This document shows positions 22,364 through 33,159 of a stretch of 64,000 nucleotides of DNA, piece by piece. The notes beneath the pieces were generated by a model, which searched no databases, was not told where the DNA came from, and saw only the letters and a program-made list of their open reading frames with translations. Each line of letters starts with the position of its first letter. The stretch's first letter is position 1. Source of the stretch: Burkholderiales bacterium (GTDB taxonomy: Bacteria > Pseudomonadota > Gammaproteobacteria > Burkholderiales > JACQAP01); contig JBJMWI010000143.1 in assembly GCA_045810225.1 (NCBI GenBank), positions 12,951 to 76,950 on the forward strand. Reading direction: 5' to 3'. The translations under genes and the position numbers were made by a program.

Positions 22364-23122
22364 ATGAAAGTTGGTTTATTCGTGACTTGCCTAGTCGACC
22401 TAATGCGGCCGAGCATCGGGTTTGCTTCATTGAAGTTGCTGGAGTCCGCCGGCTACGAGGTCATTGTGCCCACAGGCCAGACATGCTGCGGGCAGCCTGG
22501 TTACAACTCTGGTGACCGCCTTGCGGCGCAAGCGCTGGCAAAAAAACTGATCGATGAGTTTGCGACTTGTGATTACATCGTGGTGCCGTCCGGATCCTGC
22601 GGCGGCATGATCCGCGCACACTATCCCGAATTGTTAGCGGAGTTCCCCGAATTTAGCGACGCTGTGCAATCGATTGCGCAAAAGACGTACGAATTGACCG
22701 ATTTTCTGGTGAACGTAGCGCACATAGCGAACGTGCCGGGCCGGTTTCAAGGGTCCGTGACTTATCACGATTCCTGTTCCGGGCTGCGTGAAATGAATGT
22801 AAAGGCGCAGCCACGCATCTTGCTTTCCAAGGTGGACGGCCTGAGCTTGCGCGAGATGCACCAACCGGAACAATGCTGCGGATTTGGTGGCACTTTCGCG
22901 GTGAAATACGGAGACATCTCCTCTCGCATAGCCGACTTAAAATGCGAAGACGTGCAGTCGGTGGGCGCTGATGCCCTGGTGCTCGGCGATCTCGGCTGCA
23001 TGCTGAATATTGAAGGCCGGTTGCGTCGACGAGGCGACGGGGATACGCGCGTATTACACATCGCAGAAGTTCTTGCCGGCATGACAGAAGATCTGCGTGC
23101 GAGCTCAGGCGCCAAGGCTTAA
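22364..23122 (+). CDS. lutA: Lactate utilization protein A (LutA/LldE/YkgE-like, CCG Fe-S domains)
   Basis: LFVTCLVD, QTCCGQP, PSGSC, YHDSCSGLRE, QCCGFGGTF, DLGCMLNI. Confidence 0.88.
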   Translation: MKVGLFVTCLVDLMRPSIGFASLKLLESAGYEVIVPTGQTCCGQPGYNSGDRLAAQALAKKLIDEFATCDYIVVPSGSCGGMIRAHYPELLAEFPEFSDAVQSIAQKTYELTDFLVNVAHIANVPGRFQGSVTYHDSCSGLREMNVKAQPRILLSKVDGLSLREMHQPEQCCGFGGTFAVKYGDISSRIADLKCEDVQSVGADALVLGDLGCMLNIEGRLRRRGDGDTRVLHIAEVLAGMTEDLRASSGAKA

Positions 23123-23127
23123 CGGGC

Positions 23128-24543
23128 ATGCAAGTTTCATCGAATCTCTTCAAGCAAAACGCCCGCGCGCAACTTGCCAATGAGCGCGTGCAAAAAGCGT
23201 TGCGCAATGCCAAAGGCAAGCTTGTGGTTGCGCGTGCCCGTTCCATTCTTGAACTGGATAATTTTGAAGAGATCCGGGATGCGGCGGCCCGCATTCGAGA
23301 CTTCGCCCTTCAGCACATGGATGTGTTGCTGGAAGAATGGGAAAAAAGAGCCGAAGCAGCCGGAACAATCGTGCACTGGGCGCGGACGCCACAGGAGGTC
23401 AACGAACTGGTGCTTGAAATTGCCCGCAAGCACGGCGTGCGAAAAATAATCAAGTCCAAGTCCATGCTGGGTGAAGAGACCAATCTCAACCACGCGCTGG
23501 AGGACGCGGGTCTGGACGTACGCGAGACCGACCTTGGGGAGTACATCATCCAGCAGTTTGGCGAGACGCCATCACACATCATTGCCCCCGCAGTCCACAA
23601 ATCGAAGGACGACATTGCCGACCTGTTTGCCACAAAACACAAGCGACCCCGGCTCAACGATATAACGGCGCTGACCCATGAAGCCAGGGAAATATTGCGC
23701 CCGCACTTCCTTGATGCGGACATGGGCATCAGCGGAGCGAATTTTCTGGTGGCCGAGACCGGTTCCACGATGATCGTTACGAACGAAGGCAACGGCCGCA
23801 TGACGACGACCCTGCCACGGGTCCACGTAGCGATCACCGGGATTGAAAAAGTCGTGCCGACGCTGGAGGATACTGCTCTGCTTCTGCGATTGCTGACCCG
23901 CTCGGCTACCGGTCAATCCATCAGCAATTACCTTTCGTTCACGACCGGACCAAAACGCCCGCGCGATACGGAAGGTCCAACGGAATTTCATGTGATCATC
24001 GTTGACGCCGGACGCACCAAGGTGCTCGCCTCCGAGATCCGCGAGGCATTGCGCTGTATCCGCTGTGGCGCTTGTATGAACCACTGTCCGGTTTATCAGA
24101 ACATCGGCGGTCATGCTTATGGCTGGGTATATCCCGGGCCCATTGGATCAATACTTACGCCGGCCTATGTCGGCATCGAAAATGCGATAGACCTGCCGAA
24201 TGCGTCCACGCTATGCAATCAGTGTGGCGTGGTGTGTCCAGTAAAAATTCCCTTGCCTGATCTGATGCGCAAGTTACGCGAACAGCAGGTAAACAAAAAG
24301 TTGCGACCCTGGTCCGAGCGAGCCGGCTTAAGACTATGGACGTGGGCAGCCACGCGACCGCTGGCGTACGCCATGCTCGCGCGCATGGCGGCGCGCATGG
24401 GCAAATGGCTTGGCGGGCGTCATGGATTGTTGCGAAGGCTCCCCGGATCTGGCTCGGAATGGACCTCCGGCCGCGATCTTCCTGCTCCACAAGGCAAGAC
24501 ATTCCGCGATCTGTACGCACGCCAGAAACGGAGCGCTCGATGA
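23128..24543 (+). CDS. lutB: Lactate utilization protein B (LutB/LldF/YkgF-like)
   Basis: KSKSM..EE, ETDLGEYI, PSHIIAPAVH, TNEGNGR, CIRCGACMNHCPVY, YPGPIG, CPVKIPL. Confidence 0.92.
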   Translation: MQVSSNLFKQNARAQLANERVQKALRNAKGKLVVARARSILELDNFEEIRDAAARIRDFALQHMDVLLEEWEKRAEAAGTIVHWARTPQEVNELVLEIARKHGVRKIIKSKSMLGEETNLNHALEDAGLDVRETDLGEYIIQQFGETPSHIIAPAVHKSKDDIADLFATKHKRPRLNDITALTHEAREILRPHFLDADMGISGANFLVAETGSTMIVTNEGNGRMTTTLPRVHVAITGIEKVVPTLEDTALLLRLLTRSATGQSISNYLSFTTGPKRPRDTEGPTEFHVIIVDAGRTKVLASEIREALRCIRCGACMNHCPVYQNIGGHAYGWVYPGPIGSILTPAYVGIENAIDLPNASTLCNQCGVVCPVKIPLPDLMRKLREQQVNKKLRPWSERAGLRLWTWAATRPLAYAMLARMAARMGKWLGGRHGLLRRLPGSGSEWTSGRDLPAPQGKTFRDLYARQKRSAR

Positions 24544-25193
24544 ACGCGCGGGAAGAAATTTTGAGTCGGATTCGTGCAGCCAATGGTCGCGAAGCCGGAT
24601 CCATGACAGAGCGGCAAAGAGTCGCCATCCTCGAAAAACTCGCTGATCGCAGCCGGGGGCCATTGCCCACAATGGATTGGGAACCGGTCCAGCATTTCAA
24701 GGAGCGCTGCATCGCAATGATGTCGACTGTCAGCGAAGTCGAATCGCTTGATGGCGTGCCCCACGCGCTGGCGGCGTATCTGAACGGCAGCCAATTGCCC
24801 GCAACAGGTGCTTGCTGGCCGGAATTCGCAGGTCTGGACTGGACTGGCGCGGGACTTACGGTAGAAGCGCGTCCAGTGCGCGCTGACGACAAACTAGGCA
24901 TAACCGGCGTGTTTTGCGCGCTCGCTGAAAACGGTACGTTAATGTTTCTGTCCGGTGAAGACACGGCTGGGTCCATGAGTCTGTTGCCTGAGACACATGT
25001 GGCGATCGTCCCGGTGTCTCGTATCGTCCGCATAATGGAGGACGGTTGGGACTTGTTGCGCCGTGAGCGAGATGCCTTGCCGCGCCAGGTAAATTTCGTA
25101 TCGGGTCCATCGCGCACTGCTGATATCGAAATGACGCTGGTACTTGGAGCGCACGGACCGTTCCGTGTCCACGTGATCCTGGTTGGCCGGTAG
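24540..25193 (+). CDS. lutC: Lactate utilization protein C (LutC/LldG/YkgG-like)
   Basis: MNAREEILSRIRA, AENGTL, SLLPETHVA, SGPSRTADIE..L.LGAHGP; ATGA overlap with lutB. Confidence 0.88.
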   Translation: MNAREEILSRIRAANGREAGSMTERQRVAILEKLADRSRGPLPTMDWEPVQHFKERCIAMMSTVSEVESLDGVPHALAAYLNGSQLPATGACWPEFAGLDWTGAGLTVEARPVRADDKLGITGVFCALAENGTLMFLSGEDTAGSMSLLPETHVAIVPVSRIVRIMEDGWDLLRRERDALPRQVNFVSGPSRTADIEMTLVLGAHGPFRVHVILVGR

Positions 25194-25314
25194 ATCAAAA
25201 AAATAGCGGCCGCACCGCACTATGCGCACCGCCGAAGGCAATTTTGCATGCAGTTATCGGGGGCCGATCGCGTCACTAAATGCTGTTCCGCTGAGTGACC
25301 GTTCCGCATAACCC

Positions 25315-26508
25315 ATGATGATTAGTATTCCGTTCGAATTTTTCTTATTTACGGCAACACTGCTGGGCGTTGCGGTATTTCACCGCCATACGGTTAACGT
25401 AGCAGTAGCGGGTCTGGTGGCGATCATCGCCTACAAGCTGATGTTCACCGGGTTCGCGAACGGCGCGGGGCTGGGAGGCTTGGCCGCACACTTGCGCCAT
25501 GAATGGGTGATCCTCGCCAATTTGTTTGCATTGCTGGTGGGATTCGCGTTGCTCGCAGGCCATTTCAACGACAGTCGCGCCCCGGACATTTTGCCGCGTT
25601 ACTTGCCCGACGACTGGAAGGGCGGCTTCATTTTGCTGCTCATGGTCTTCGTCTTATCGAGCTTCCTCGACAACATCGCAGCTGCTGTTATAGGAGGCAC
25701 AATTGCTTCCGCGGTATTCCGCGGCAAGGTTCATATTGGTTATCTTGCGGCGATCGTAGCGGCATCCAATGCTGGCGGTTCAGGTAGCGTGATCGGCGAT
25801 ACCACGACGACCATGATGTGGATCGCGGGCGTTAGCCCAGCTTCCGTTTTGCATGCCTATGTTGCGGCGGTAGTCGCCGTGTTGTTCTTTGGCGTCATCG
25901 CAGCGCACCAGCAACAACGTTACGCGCCGATCCTTCCGGACCCCGCGAAAGGCATTCGGTTGGATTTTATCCGCCTCGGCATCGTGGTTTTTATGCTGGT
26001 GGCTGCAATCGCAACCAACATCGCGATGAATGTCGGTTTTCCACAATGGGCAGATCGATTTCCGTTCATCGGAGCGGCCATCTGGCTGGCTTTGGTTGTT
26101 ACCATACCCCTGCGCGCCCCGGCGTGGAGCAAGGTGCCGGACGCGGTGCGGGGAAGCGTATTTCTGCTTTCGCTAGTGCTAAGCGCTTCCCTGATGCCGG
26201 TGGAAGCATTGCCTGCGGCATCCTGGCAAACGGCATTGGGACTGGGCTATATCTCGGCGGTATTCGATAACATCCCATTGACTGCGCTGGCGCTGCATCA
26301 GGGCGGACATGATTGGGGCGTACTGGCCTATGCAGTTGGCTTTGGAGGATCGATGATATGGTTCGGTTCTTCGGCCGGAGTGGCGCTGTCGAATATGTTC
26401 GTAGAGTCCAAATCGGTCGGCGCCTGGCTGAGATACGGCTGGCACGTGGCCGTAGCCTATCCATTGGGATTTTTTGCCTTATTGTGGCTGGTCGGGTGGC
26501 ACCCTTGA
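25315..26508 (+). CDS. IT-superfamily transporter (citrate/NhaD-like)
   Basis: Highly hydrophobic; SSFLDNIAAA, ASNAGGSGSVIGDTTTTMMW, SAVFDNIPL, GGSMIWFGSSAGVA. Confidence 0.8.
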   Translation: MMISIPFEFFLFTATLLGVAVFHRHTVNVAVAGLVAIIAYKLMFTGFANGAGLGGLAAHLRHEWVILANLFALLVGFALLAGHFNDSRAPDILPRYLPDDWKGGFILLLMVFVLSSFLDNIAAAVIGGTIASAVFRGKVHIGYLAAIVAASNAGGSGSVIGDTTTTMMWIAGVSPASVLHAYVAAVVAVLFFGVIAAHQQQRYAPILPDPAKGIRLDFIRLGIVVFMLVAAIATNIAMNVGFPQWADRFPFIGAAIWLALVVTIPLRAPAWSKVPDAVRGSVFLLSLVLSASLMPVEALPAASWQTALGLGYISAVFDNIPLTALALHQGGHDWGVLAYAVGFGGSMIWFGSSAGVALSNMFVESKSVGAWLRYGWHVAVAYPLGFFALLWLVGWHP

Positions 26509-26634
26509 GCTTCGACCCGGCCGGGCGCTGCAGTACAGAGAGCCGCCCGATAACCCGAATTCTTGCCCATACAGGGGCTTCACGCTAACCTTCGCGTGCA
26601 TTTGGCATAAAGAAGAACGATTCTGCAAAATAAA

Positions 26635-27630
26635 ATGAAGCAAAAGATTCTTGTCACCCGTGAAGTGTTTGACGAAACCATCGAATTTTTAAGTGGGCAT
26701 TTCGAAGTCGAAACCAACCAGGCCGACCGTCTTTATTCGAGCGATGAACTGGCGGCAAAGCTTCAAGGCAAGAACGGCGTGCAGACCCAATCCAGCGATC
26801 GGATCGACGCGCAGTTGCTGGACCAGTGTCCAGGCCTGAAGGCCATCTGCAATACTGCTGTCGGGTACAACAATATCGACATCGACGCGTGTACCCGGCA
26901 TGGTGTCATGGTGACCAACACGCCCGGTGTATTGACCGACAGCGTTGCTGACTATTCAATGGGGATGATTATCGCGACTTGCAGGCGTATGACCGAGGGT
27001 GAGGCCTATTTGCGCAAAGGCGAATGGAAGGGCACTTTTTTAAAGCAAATGCTGGGTCAGGACGTGCACGGCGCCACCTTGGGCATATTTGGCTTTGGGC
27101 GGATTGGCCAGGCAATCGCGCGGCGGGCGCGCGGGTTCGACATGAAAATTCTTTACCACAGCCGCACCCGGGCCGCGCTCGAAGATGAAACAGAAGCAGG
27201 CGCTGTCTATACCAGCAAAGACGCGTTACTGCAGCAAGCCGACGTAGTGTTGCTGATTTTGCCGTTCACGCCGGAAACGCAGCACTTCATCTCTGCACGG
27301 GAATTAGCGCTGATGAAACCGTCCGCGGTACTGATCAATATGGCGCGGGGCGGAATTGTTGACGATGCGGCACTGATCGACGCGCTTAAAAAAAAGGTGA
27401 TCTGGGCGGCAGGACTTGATGTCTATGAAAACGAGCCCAAACTGAATCCTGGATTTCTACAGCTGCACAATGTCGTCCTGTCACCGCATATCGCCAGCGC
27501 GTCGGAACCCACGCGCAAGGCCATGGCGATGACTGCCGCCAGAAATCTGGTGGCGGCGTTATCCGGCAAAACGCCGCCAAATTTGTTAAATCCGGACTAC
27601 AAAAAATTTCATCCAGGCGTAAATACCTAG
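26635..27630 (+). CDS. D-2-hydroxyacid dehydrogenase (glyoxylate/hydroxypyruvate reductase-like)
   Basis: AVGYNNID, TNTPGVL, GFGRIG, catalytic residues in NMARG (R), DVYENEP (E) and PHIAS (H). Confidence 0.9.
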   Translation: MKQKILVTREVFDETIEFLSGHFEVETNQADRLYSSDELAAKLQGKNGVQTQSSDRIDAQLLDQCPGLKAICNTAVGYNNIDIDACTRHGVMVTNTPGVLTDSVADYSMGMIIATCRRMTEGEAYLRKGEWKGTFLKQMLGQDVHGATLGIFGFGRIGQAIARRARGFDMKILYHSRTRAALEDETEAGAVYTSKDALLQQADVVLLILPFTPETQHFISARELALMKPSAVLINMARGGIVDDAALIDALKKKVIWAAGLDVYENEPKLNPGFLQLHNVVLSPHIASASEPTRKAMAMTAARNLVAALSGKTPPNLLNPDYKKFHPGVNT

Positions 27631-27663
27631 CAATGCCGCGTTGCCGGCGTTCGGAACTCCATC

Positions 27664-28980
27664 ATGACGGAACTTTACAGACTGGGATTGCGTGAAGCCG
27701 CGCTGCGCATTCGCGCCGGAAAGCTCACGAGCTTGCAATACACGCGCGAGCTGATTGCGCGGATCGACCTGATGGAAGAGCAGGTGCAGGCATGGCAATG
27801 GCTCGATCGCTCCCGCGCACTGGAGTTGGCTGCGAAAGCGGATAGAGCTGACAGCGCGCTGCGCGTCGCGCACCCGTTGCATGGCATTCCAATCGGCGTC
27901 AAGGATCTGTTTTATACAGCCGGTATCCCGACCGAGATGGGCTGTCGCGCGTATGCCGGCTACGTTCCCGAAGTAACGGCCGATGTGGTAGTGCGCCTTG
28001 AGTCGGCAGGTGGAATCATGTTTGGCAAAACCGTGACGACCGAGGCGGCCTTCATGGTGCCGTCCAAAACCCGTAATCCCTGGAATATCGAGCACACACC
28101 CGGGGGTTCCTCCAGCGGTTCGGCGGCAGCCGTTGCAGCGGGTTTCGTACCTGGTGCACTCGGGACGCAAACTAACGGTTCCGTCATCCGACCGGCCGCG
28201 TTTTGCGGTGTCGTCGGCTACAAACCCAGCTTCGGTCAAATTTCGGCGCGAGGCGCGCTGCCATTTGCGCCAAGCCTGGACCAGCCAGGCGTGTTCGCCC
28301 GATCCGTTGCCGATGCAGCGTTTCTTGCATCGAATCTTACCGCGCAACGTACAGTCATTACTCCGGACGTGCGGCCTTTGCGCAGCGCGCCGAAATTAGC
28401 CGCGGTGCGCTCTCCGGTCTGGTATCTGGCGCAACCAGATCAGCGATTGCAGTTCGAAGCGGACATTGGCCGGTTACGCGACGCCGGCGCGTCGGTTGAT
28501 GTGCTTGAAATCGGCGGCGAGTTTGATGGGGCGCAAAAAATCCATCGTACGATCATGCTGTACGAAGCTGCCCGGATGGCGAAAAAGGCACGCGAGATCT
28601 GGCGCGAGGGGTTTTCTGACTACCTGAATGTCGCGCTTGATGAAGGTGAGAATATCCGTGAAGTGGACTACCGCGACGCTTTGAAAATGCGCACGCAATT
28701 GCAGCAGAGCCTCGCAGAATTCTTCGATCGCGGCTATTCGGCCATCATGACGCCCCCGGCTGCGGGAGAAGCGCCTCCCACACGCGAAAATACCGGCGAC
28801 CCGCGTTTTTGCACGATCTGGACATTGGTCGGACTTCCGGCCATTACTATTCCGACGGGCAAGGGGCCTTACGATCTGCCGCTCGGGCTGCAACTGGTCG
28901 GCGCCGCCGAAGAAGAAAACTACCTGCTTGCAACGGCAGCGTGGTGCGAGCGCTATTCACCGTTCAACGGGCTGGTCTAG
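27664..28980 (+). CDS. Amidase signature family protein
   Basis: LHGIPIGVKD, TPGGSSSGSAAAVA, GTQTNGSVIRPAAFCGVVGYKPS. Confidence 0.9.
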   Translation: MTELYRLGLREAALRIRAGKLTSLQYTRELIARIDLMEEQVQAWQWLDRSRALELAAKADRADSALRVAHPLHGIPIGVKDLFYTAGIPTEMGCRAYAGYVPEVTADVVVRLESAGGIMFGKTVTTEAAFMVPSKTRNPWNIEHTPGGSSSGSAAAVAAGFVPGALGTQTNGSVIRPAAFCGVVGYKPSFGQISARGALPFAPSLDQPGVFARSVADAAFLASNLTAQRTVITPDVRPLRSAPKLAAVRSPVWYLAQPDQRLQFEADIGRLRDAGASVDVLEIGGEFDGAQKIHRTIMLYEAARMAKKAREIWREGFSDYLNVALDEGENIREVDYRDALKMRTQLQQSLAEFFDRGYSAIMTPPAAGEAPPTRENTGDPRFCTIWTLVGLPAITIPTGKGPYDLPLGLQLVGAAEEENYLLATAAWCERYSPFNGLV

Positions 28981-29171
28981 GAAAGCCGGCTTTGCAATGC
29001 GGCGGGTGAGGAGTGGCTTGCCCGCTTGAAAGGTGTACTGAGGGTATCGCCAGTTGTGCCGGAAACCTTGGTCTGTCCAGCGGATCGAACCTGTAAGCCC
29101 CGGTATCAAGGCATGACTCCATGATCATTTCCGCCCATTCCGGGTTTATTGTCTGTTGCTCGCTTCCCTGA

Positions 29172-32100
29172 ATGAATATCCATCCGGTCTCGCCTGAATT
29201 TTCTTCCGCCATGGTGGATTGGCGGGCTCTACGTGCATGCGTCGAGCGCGGCATGCTGCGCGAGCGCGCTGCCTTGCGTAACCGCATCAAACGTCTGGAA
29301 GAACTTTCGCGCCGGGGCACGGACGTATCGGCGGATCTCCAAAAGCTGCTGGCCGATGCAAAACAGTCCGAGGCGCAAGCGCGTGACCGCCAGGCGAAGT
29401 TTCCCCGGGTGACGTATCCGGAAGAATTGCCGATCAGCGCCAAGCGTGAAGACATTGCGAATGCGGTGAAGTCTCACCAAGTCGTAATCGTATGCGGTGA
29501 AACCGGGTCGGGTAAAACCACGCAATTGCCGAAAATCTGCCTCGAGCTGGGTCGCGGGGTGCAAGGCATGATCGGCCATACGCAGCCGCGTCGGATTGCG
29601 GCGAGGTCGGTGGCCGCACGGATCGCAGCGGAGTTGCGTACTCCCCTGGGGGAAGCAGTTGGATTTCAGGTCCGTTTCACCGACAAGAGCAGCGCCGGTA
29701 ACTACATCAAAGTCATGACTGACGGCATCCTGCTCGCGCAGACGCAGGCCGACCGCTGGCTGTCACAGTACGACACGTTGATTATCGATGAAGCGCACGA
29801 GCGCAGTCTGAACATCGACTTCCTGCTCGGCTATATCAGGCAACTCTTGCCGCGCCGTCCGGAGTTAAAGCTGATCATCACGTCTGCGACCATTGACGCA
29901 GAGCGTTTCTCTGCACACTTTAGCAAGGCGCCGATCATTGAAGTTTCCGGCCGCCTGTATCCGGTGGATATTTGGTATCGGCCGTTCGATGAAGACGATG
30001 AGGATGAGCACGAGATTGATCTCCCCGAAGCCATCGTCCAAGCCGTCGATGAGGTGACGGCTAGGACCGCTTCCGGAGATGTGCTGGTATTTTTGCCTGG
30101 CGAGCGGGAAATTCGCGATGCTGCCGAAGCGTTGCGCAAGCATCATCCGCAGGGCATGGACATCCTGCCGCTGTTTGCCAGGTTGTCCGCGCAGGACCAG
30201 GAACGTATTTTCGCCCCTGGCAGTGCTGCACGGCGCATCGTGCTTGCCACTAACGTGGCGGAGACTTCACTAACCGTGCCCGGCATCCGTTTCGTGGTCG
30301 ACTCGGGACTCGCGCGCATCAATCGCTACAGCTACCGCAACAAGGTCGAATTGCTGCAGATAGAAAAGATCTCGCGGGCCTCGGCCAACCAGCGTGCCGG
30401 GCGCTGCGGCCGCGTCATGAACGGCATTTGCGTGCGCCTGTACGGCGAAGAAGATTTCGGCGCGCGCGCCGAGTTTACTGATCCGGAAATCCTGCGCTCG
30501 TCACTGGCTTCCGTCATCTTGCGCATGGGTGCCCTTAGGCTAGGCGACATCGAGGATTTCCCGTTCGTCGATGCGCCGGCTTCACGCATGATCGCTGACG
30601 GTTATCAGTTGTTGGGCGAACTTGGCGCCGTCAATGAGGCGCGAGCATTGACGCCGGTGGGGCAGCAGCTGGCGAAACTGCCGATCGACCCGCGGGTTGC
30701 TCGCATGCTGGTGGCAGCGAAGCAGGAAGGCTGTTTGAAGGAAGTATTGATTATTGCAGCGGCGCTGTCCGTGCAAGACCCACGCGAGCGGCCGATGGAC
30801 AAGCAGGAAGCGGTTACCCAGGCGCATGCCGAATTCGTCGATGACCGCTCGGATTTTTTGGGCTATCTGAGCATCTGGAAATGGTTCGAGGATGCACTGG
30901 TCCACAAAAAATCCAATCGCAAGCTGGTGCAGGAATGTCACGAACGCTTTCTTTCCTACCTGCGCATGCGCGAGTGGCGGGAACTGCACGGCCAGCTGCA
31001 CGCGCTGATTGCGGAGATGGGGTGGCGGCTGAACGAAAAAGATGCCCGCTATGAGGAAATTCATCGGGCGTTGCTGGCAGGGCTGCTCGGTAATATTGGT
31101 TTCAAGTCCGAAGAGGCCGGCATTTATTTGGGCGCGCGCCAGATCAAGTTCGTGCTGAGCCAGGGTTCCGGTCTGAAGAAGAAGGGGCCCAAGTGGGTCA
31201 TGGCGGCTGAACTGACGGAGACCACGCGGCTGTTCGCGCGATGCGTAGCAGCGATCGAACCGGAGTGGATAGAGCGGCTCGGTGGACATCTCGCCAAGCG
31301 CAGCTACCGCGAGCCGCATTGGTCCAAGGACAGCGGCTCGGTGATAGCTTACGAGCAAGTCAGCGTTTATGGCTTGGTGGTAGTGCCAAAGCGGCGTGTG
31401 CAATATGGGCCCATCGATCCAACGCTAGCGCGTGAGTTATTTATTCGCGGTGCCCTGGTCGCGGGCCACTACCCCGGCCAGCCGGATTTTCTGCTGCGCA
31501 ATCGCGCGCTCATTGAGGATGTGCAGCAACTGGAGCATAAATCCCGGCGGCACGACGTGCTGGTCGATGATGAAGCGATATTCGCTTTTTACGCCGAACG
31601 TATTCCCGATGGCATTTACAGCATCGTGGATTTTGAAAAGTGGCGGGGTACGGCGGAAAGAGGCGATCCAAAACTTCTTTTCCTGAGCCGGGATGATCTG
31701 ATGCGTCACGGCGCCGAGCAGATCACAGAAGAGCTATTCCCGGATGCGCTTACGGTCGGCATGCAAACATTCGATTTGTCCTATCGCTTCGACCCCGGGC
31801 ACCCGCTGGACGGTGTGACCATGACCGTGCCGCTGCATTTGCTCAATCAGCTGGACGAGCGGCGTTGCGAATGGTTGGTACCGGGCTTGCTGCGCGACAA
31901 GCTCACGTACCTGGTGAAGGGTTTGCCGAAGGGCTTGCGCAAGCATTTTGTGCCGGTGCCGCAAGTGGTAACTGCGTGCATGGACATTCTGGAGCCCGAC
32001 AGCGTGTCGCTGACCACAGCCTTGTCGCAGGCCTTATTCAAAAAGACCGGCGTCGAAGTGCCCGCGGAAGCCTGGGACATCGCAGATTTGCCACCTCACC

Positions 32101-33122
32101 TGCTGATGAATTTTCGCGTGGTCGATGAAGAACAACAGGAAATCGCAGGCGGCCGGGATTTGGCGGCGCTGCGCAATCAGCTCGGCGTGAAAGCGCGCCG
32201 CACATTCAGCGAGACCGCCAGTTCCGCGTTCGAACGCAAAGGTTTGACCACTTGGGATTTCGACGAACTGCCCGAACAAGTAGAAATCAACGGCGGTAAA
32301 GGCAAGCTCATTGGGTATCCGGCCATCGTGGACGAGGGCAAGACCGTGCGCCTGACTTTGCTGGATACGGAAGCGGAGGCTAATGCCGCAACGCGACGCG
32401 GATTGCGCCGGTTGTTCCAGCTGGCTTTGCCAGAGCATATGAAATCCCTTGCGCGCAGCTTGCCCGGCTTCAACGAGATGCAGCTGCGTTATGCATTGCT
32501 CGATGAACAAGCCGGCAGACCGGACAAGTCTGCGCTGGCCGACCGGTTGCGTGACGAACTGGTAACAGGGATTTGCGACCGAGCTTTTTTTGTCGAGAAC
32601 GATCCAGTGCGCAACCGCAAGCAGTTCGAGGTGCGCGTCGCCAAGGCCAAGATGCGCCTGATGGACGTCGCACAGGAAATTTGCCGCATCGCCGGAGAAA
32701 TTTTGGCTGAGTATCAGGGCCTGCGCGCGAAAATTAATCAGCCGCAGTATTCCGCGTGGCCGCGCGCACTGGCTGACATCCGTACGCAACTGCGCGAGCT
32801 CCTGACCCCGGGGTTTCTGGCCAGCGTGCCATTCGACAGGCTGAAGCATTATCCGCGTTATTTGCGCGCAGTCGCGATGCGATTGGACAAGATTGCATCC
32901 AATCCGGAACGCGACGCCAGCTGGCAGCAGCAACTTGCGCGCTACTGGCAAACATATCAGGCACATTTGCTGGACGATCGCGCGCGCGGCGTGCGCAATC
33001 CCAAACTGGAAGACCTGCGCTGGATGCTGGAAGAGCTGCGCGTCTCGCTTTGGGCACAACAACTAAAGACGCCCTATCCGGTGTCTTTCAAACGCGTGGA
33101 GAAATACTTTAGCGAGCTTTGA
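29172..33122 (+). CDS. hrpA: ATP-dependent RNA helicase HrpA
   Basis: GETGSGKTTQLPK, TQPRRIAAR, DEAHERS, SAT, ATNVAETSLT, QRAGRCGR, C-terminal EELRVSLWAQQL; start may be 29211. Confidence 0.97.
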   Translation: MNIHPVSPEFSSAMVDWRALRACVERGMLRERAALRNRIKRLEELSRRGTDVSADLQKLLADAKQSEAQARDRQAKFPRVTYPEELPISAKREDIANAVKSHQVVIVCGETGSGKTTQLPKICLELGRGVQGMIGHTQPRRIAARSVAARIAAELRTPLGEAVGFQVRFTDKSSAGNYIKVMTDGILLAQTQADRWLSQYDTLIIDEAHERSLNIDFLLGYIRQLLPRRPELKLIITSATIDAERFSAHFSKAPIIEVSGRLYPVDIWYRPFDEDDEDEHEIDLPEAIVQAVDEVTARTASGDVLVFLPGEREIRDAAEALRKHHPQGMDILPLFARLSAQDQERIFAPGSAARRIVLATNVAETSLTVPGIRFVVDSGLARINRYSYRNKVELLQIEKISRASANQRAGRCGRVMNGICVRLYGEEDFGARAEFTDPEILRSSLASVILRMGALRLGDIEDFPFVDAPASRMIADGYQLLGELGAVNEARALTPVGQQLAKLPIDPRVARMLVAAKQEGCLKEVLIIAAALSVQDPRERPMDKQEAVTQAHAEFVDDRSDFLGYLSIWKWFEDALVHKKSNRKLVQECHERFLSYLRMREWRELHGQLHALIAEMGWRLNEKDARYEEIHRALLAGLLGNIGFKSEEAGIYLGARQIKFVLSQGSGLKKKGPKWVMAAELTETTRLFARCVAAIEPEWIERLGGHLAKRSYREPHWSKDSGSVIAYEQVSVYGLVVVPKRRVQYGPIDPTLARELFIRGALVAGHYPGQPDFLLRNRALIEDVQQLEHKSRRHDVLVDDEAIFAFYAERIPDGIYSIVDFEKWRGTAERGDPKLLFLSRDDLMRHGAEQITEELFPDALTVGMQTFDLSYRFDPGHPLDGVTMTVPLHLLNQLDERRCEWLVPGLLRDKLTYLVKGLPKGLRKHFVPVPQVVTACMDILEPDSVSLTTALSQALFKKTGVEVPAEAWDIADLPPHLLMNFRVVDEEQQEIAGGRDLAALRNQLGVKARRTFSETASSAFERKGLTTWDFDELPEQVEINGGKGKLIGYPAIVDEGKTVRLTLLDTEAEANAATRRGLRRLFQLALPEHMKSLARSLPGFNEMQLRYALLDEQAGRPDKSALADRLRDELVTGICDRAFFVENDPVRNRKQFEVRVAKAKMRLMDVAQEICRIAGEILAEYQGLRAKINQPQYSAWPRALADIRTQLRELLTPGFLASVPFDRLKHYPRYLRAVAMRLDKIASNPERDASWQQQLARYWQTYQAHLLDDRARGVRNPKLEDLRWMLEELRVSLWAQQLKTPYPVSFKRVEKYFSEL

Positions 33123-33159
33123 CCCGGGCTGCTAGCATCTGACGACCAGTTATCGAGCT

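Noticed and set aside
26551-26580. TAACCCG upstream of the 2-hydroxyacid dehydrogenase as another ECF target promoter
   Set aside because: There is no CGT -10 element at the 16-bp spacing.
32034-33062. 342-aa ORF antisense to hrpA, and similar long antisense ORFs (8094-9044, 24155-25198, 30582-31403, 42296-43108, 45073-45885)
   Set aside because: They overlap conserved genes on the opposite strand and show no motifs; typical high-GC shadow ORFs.
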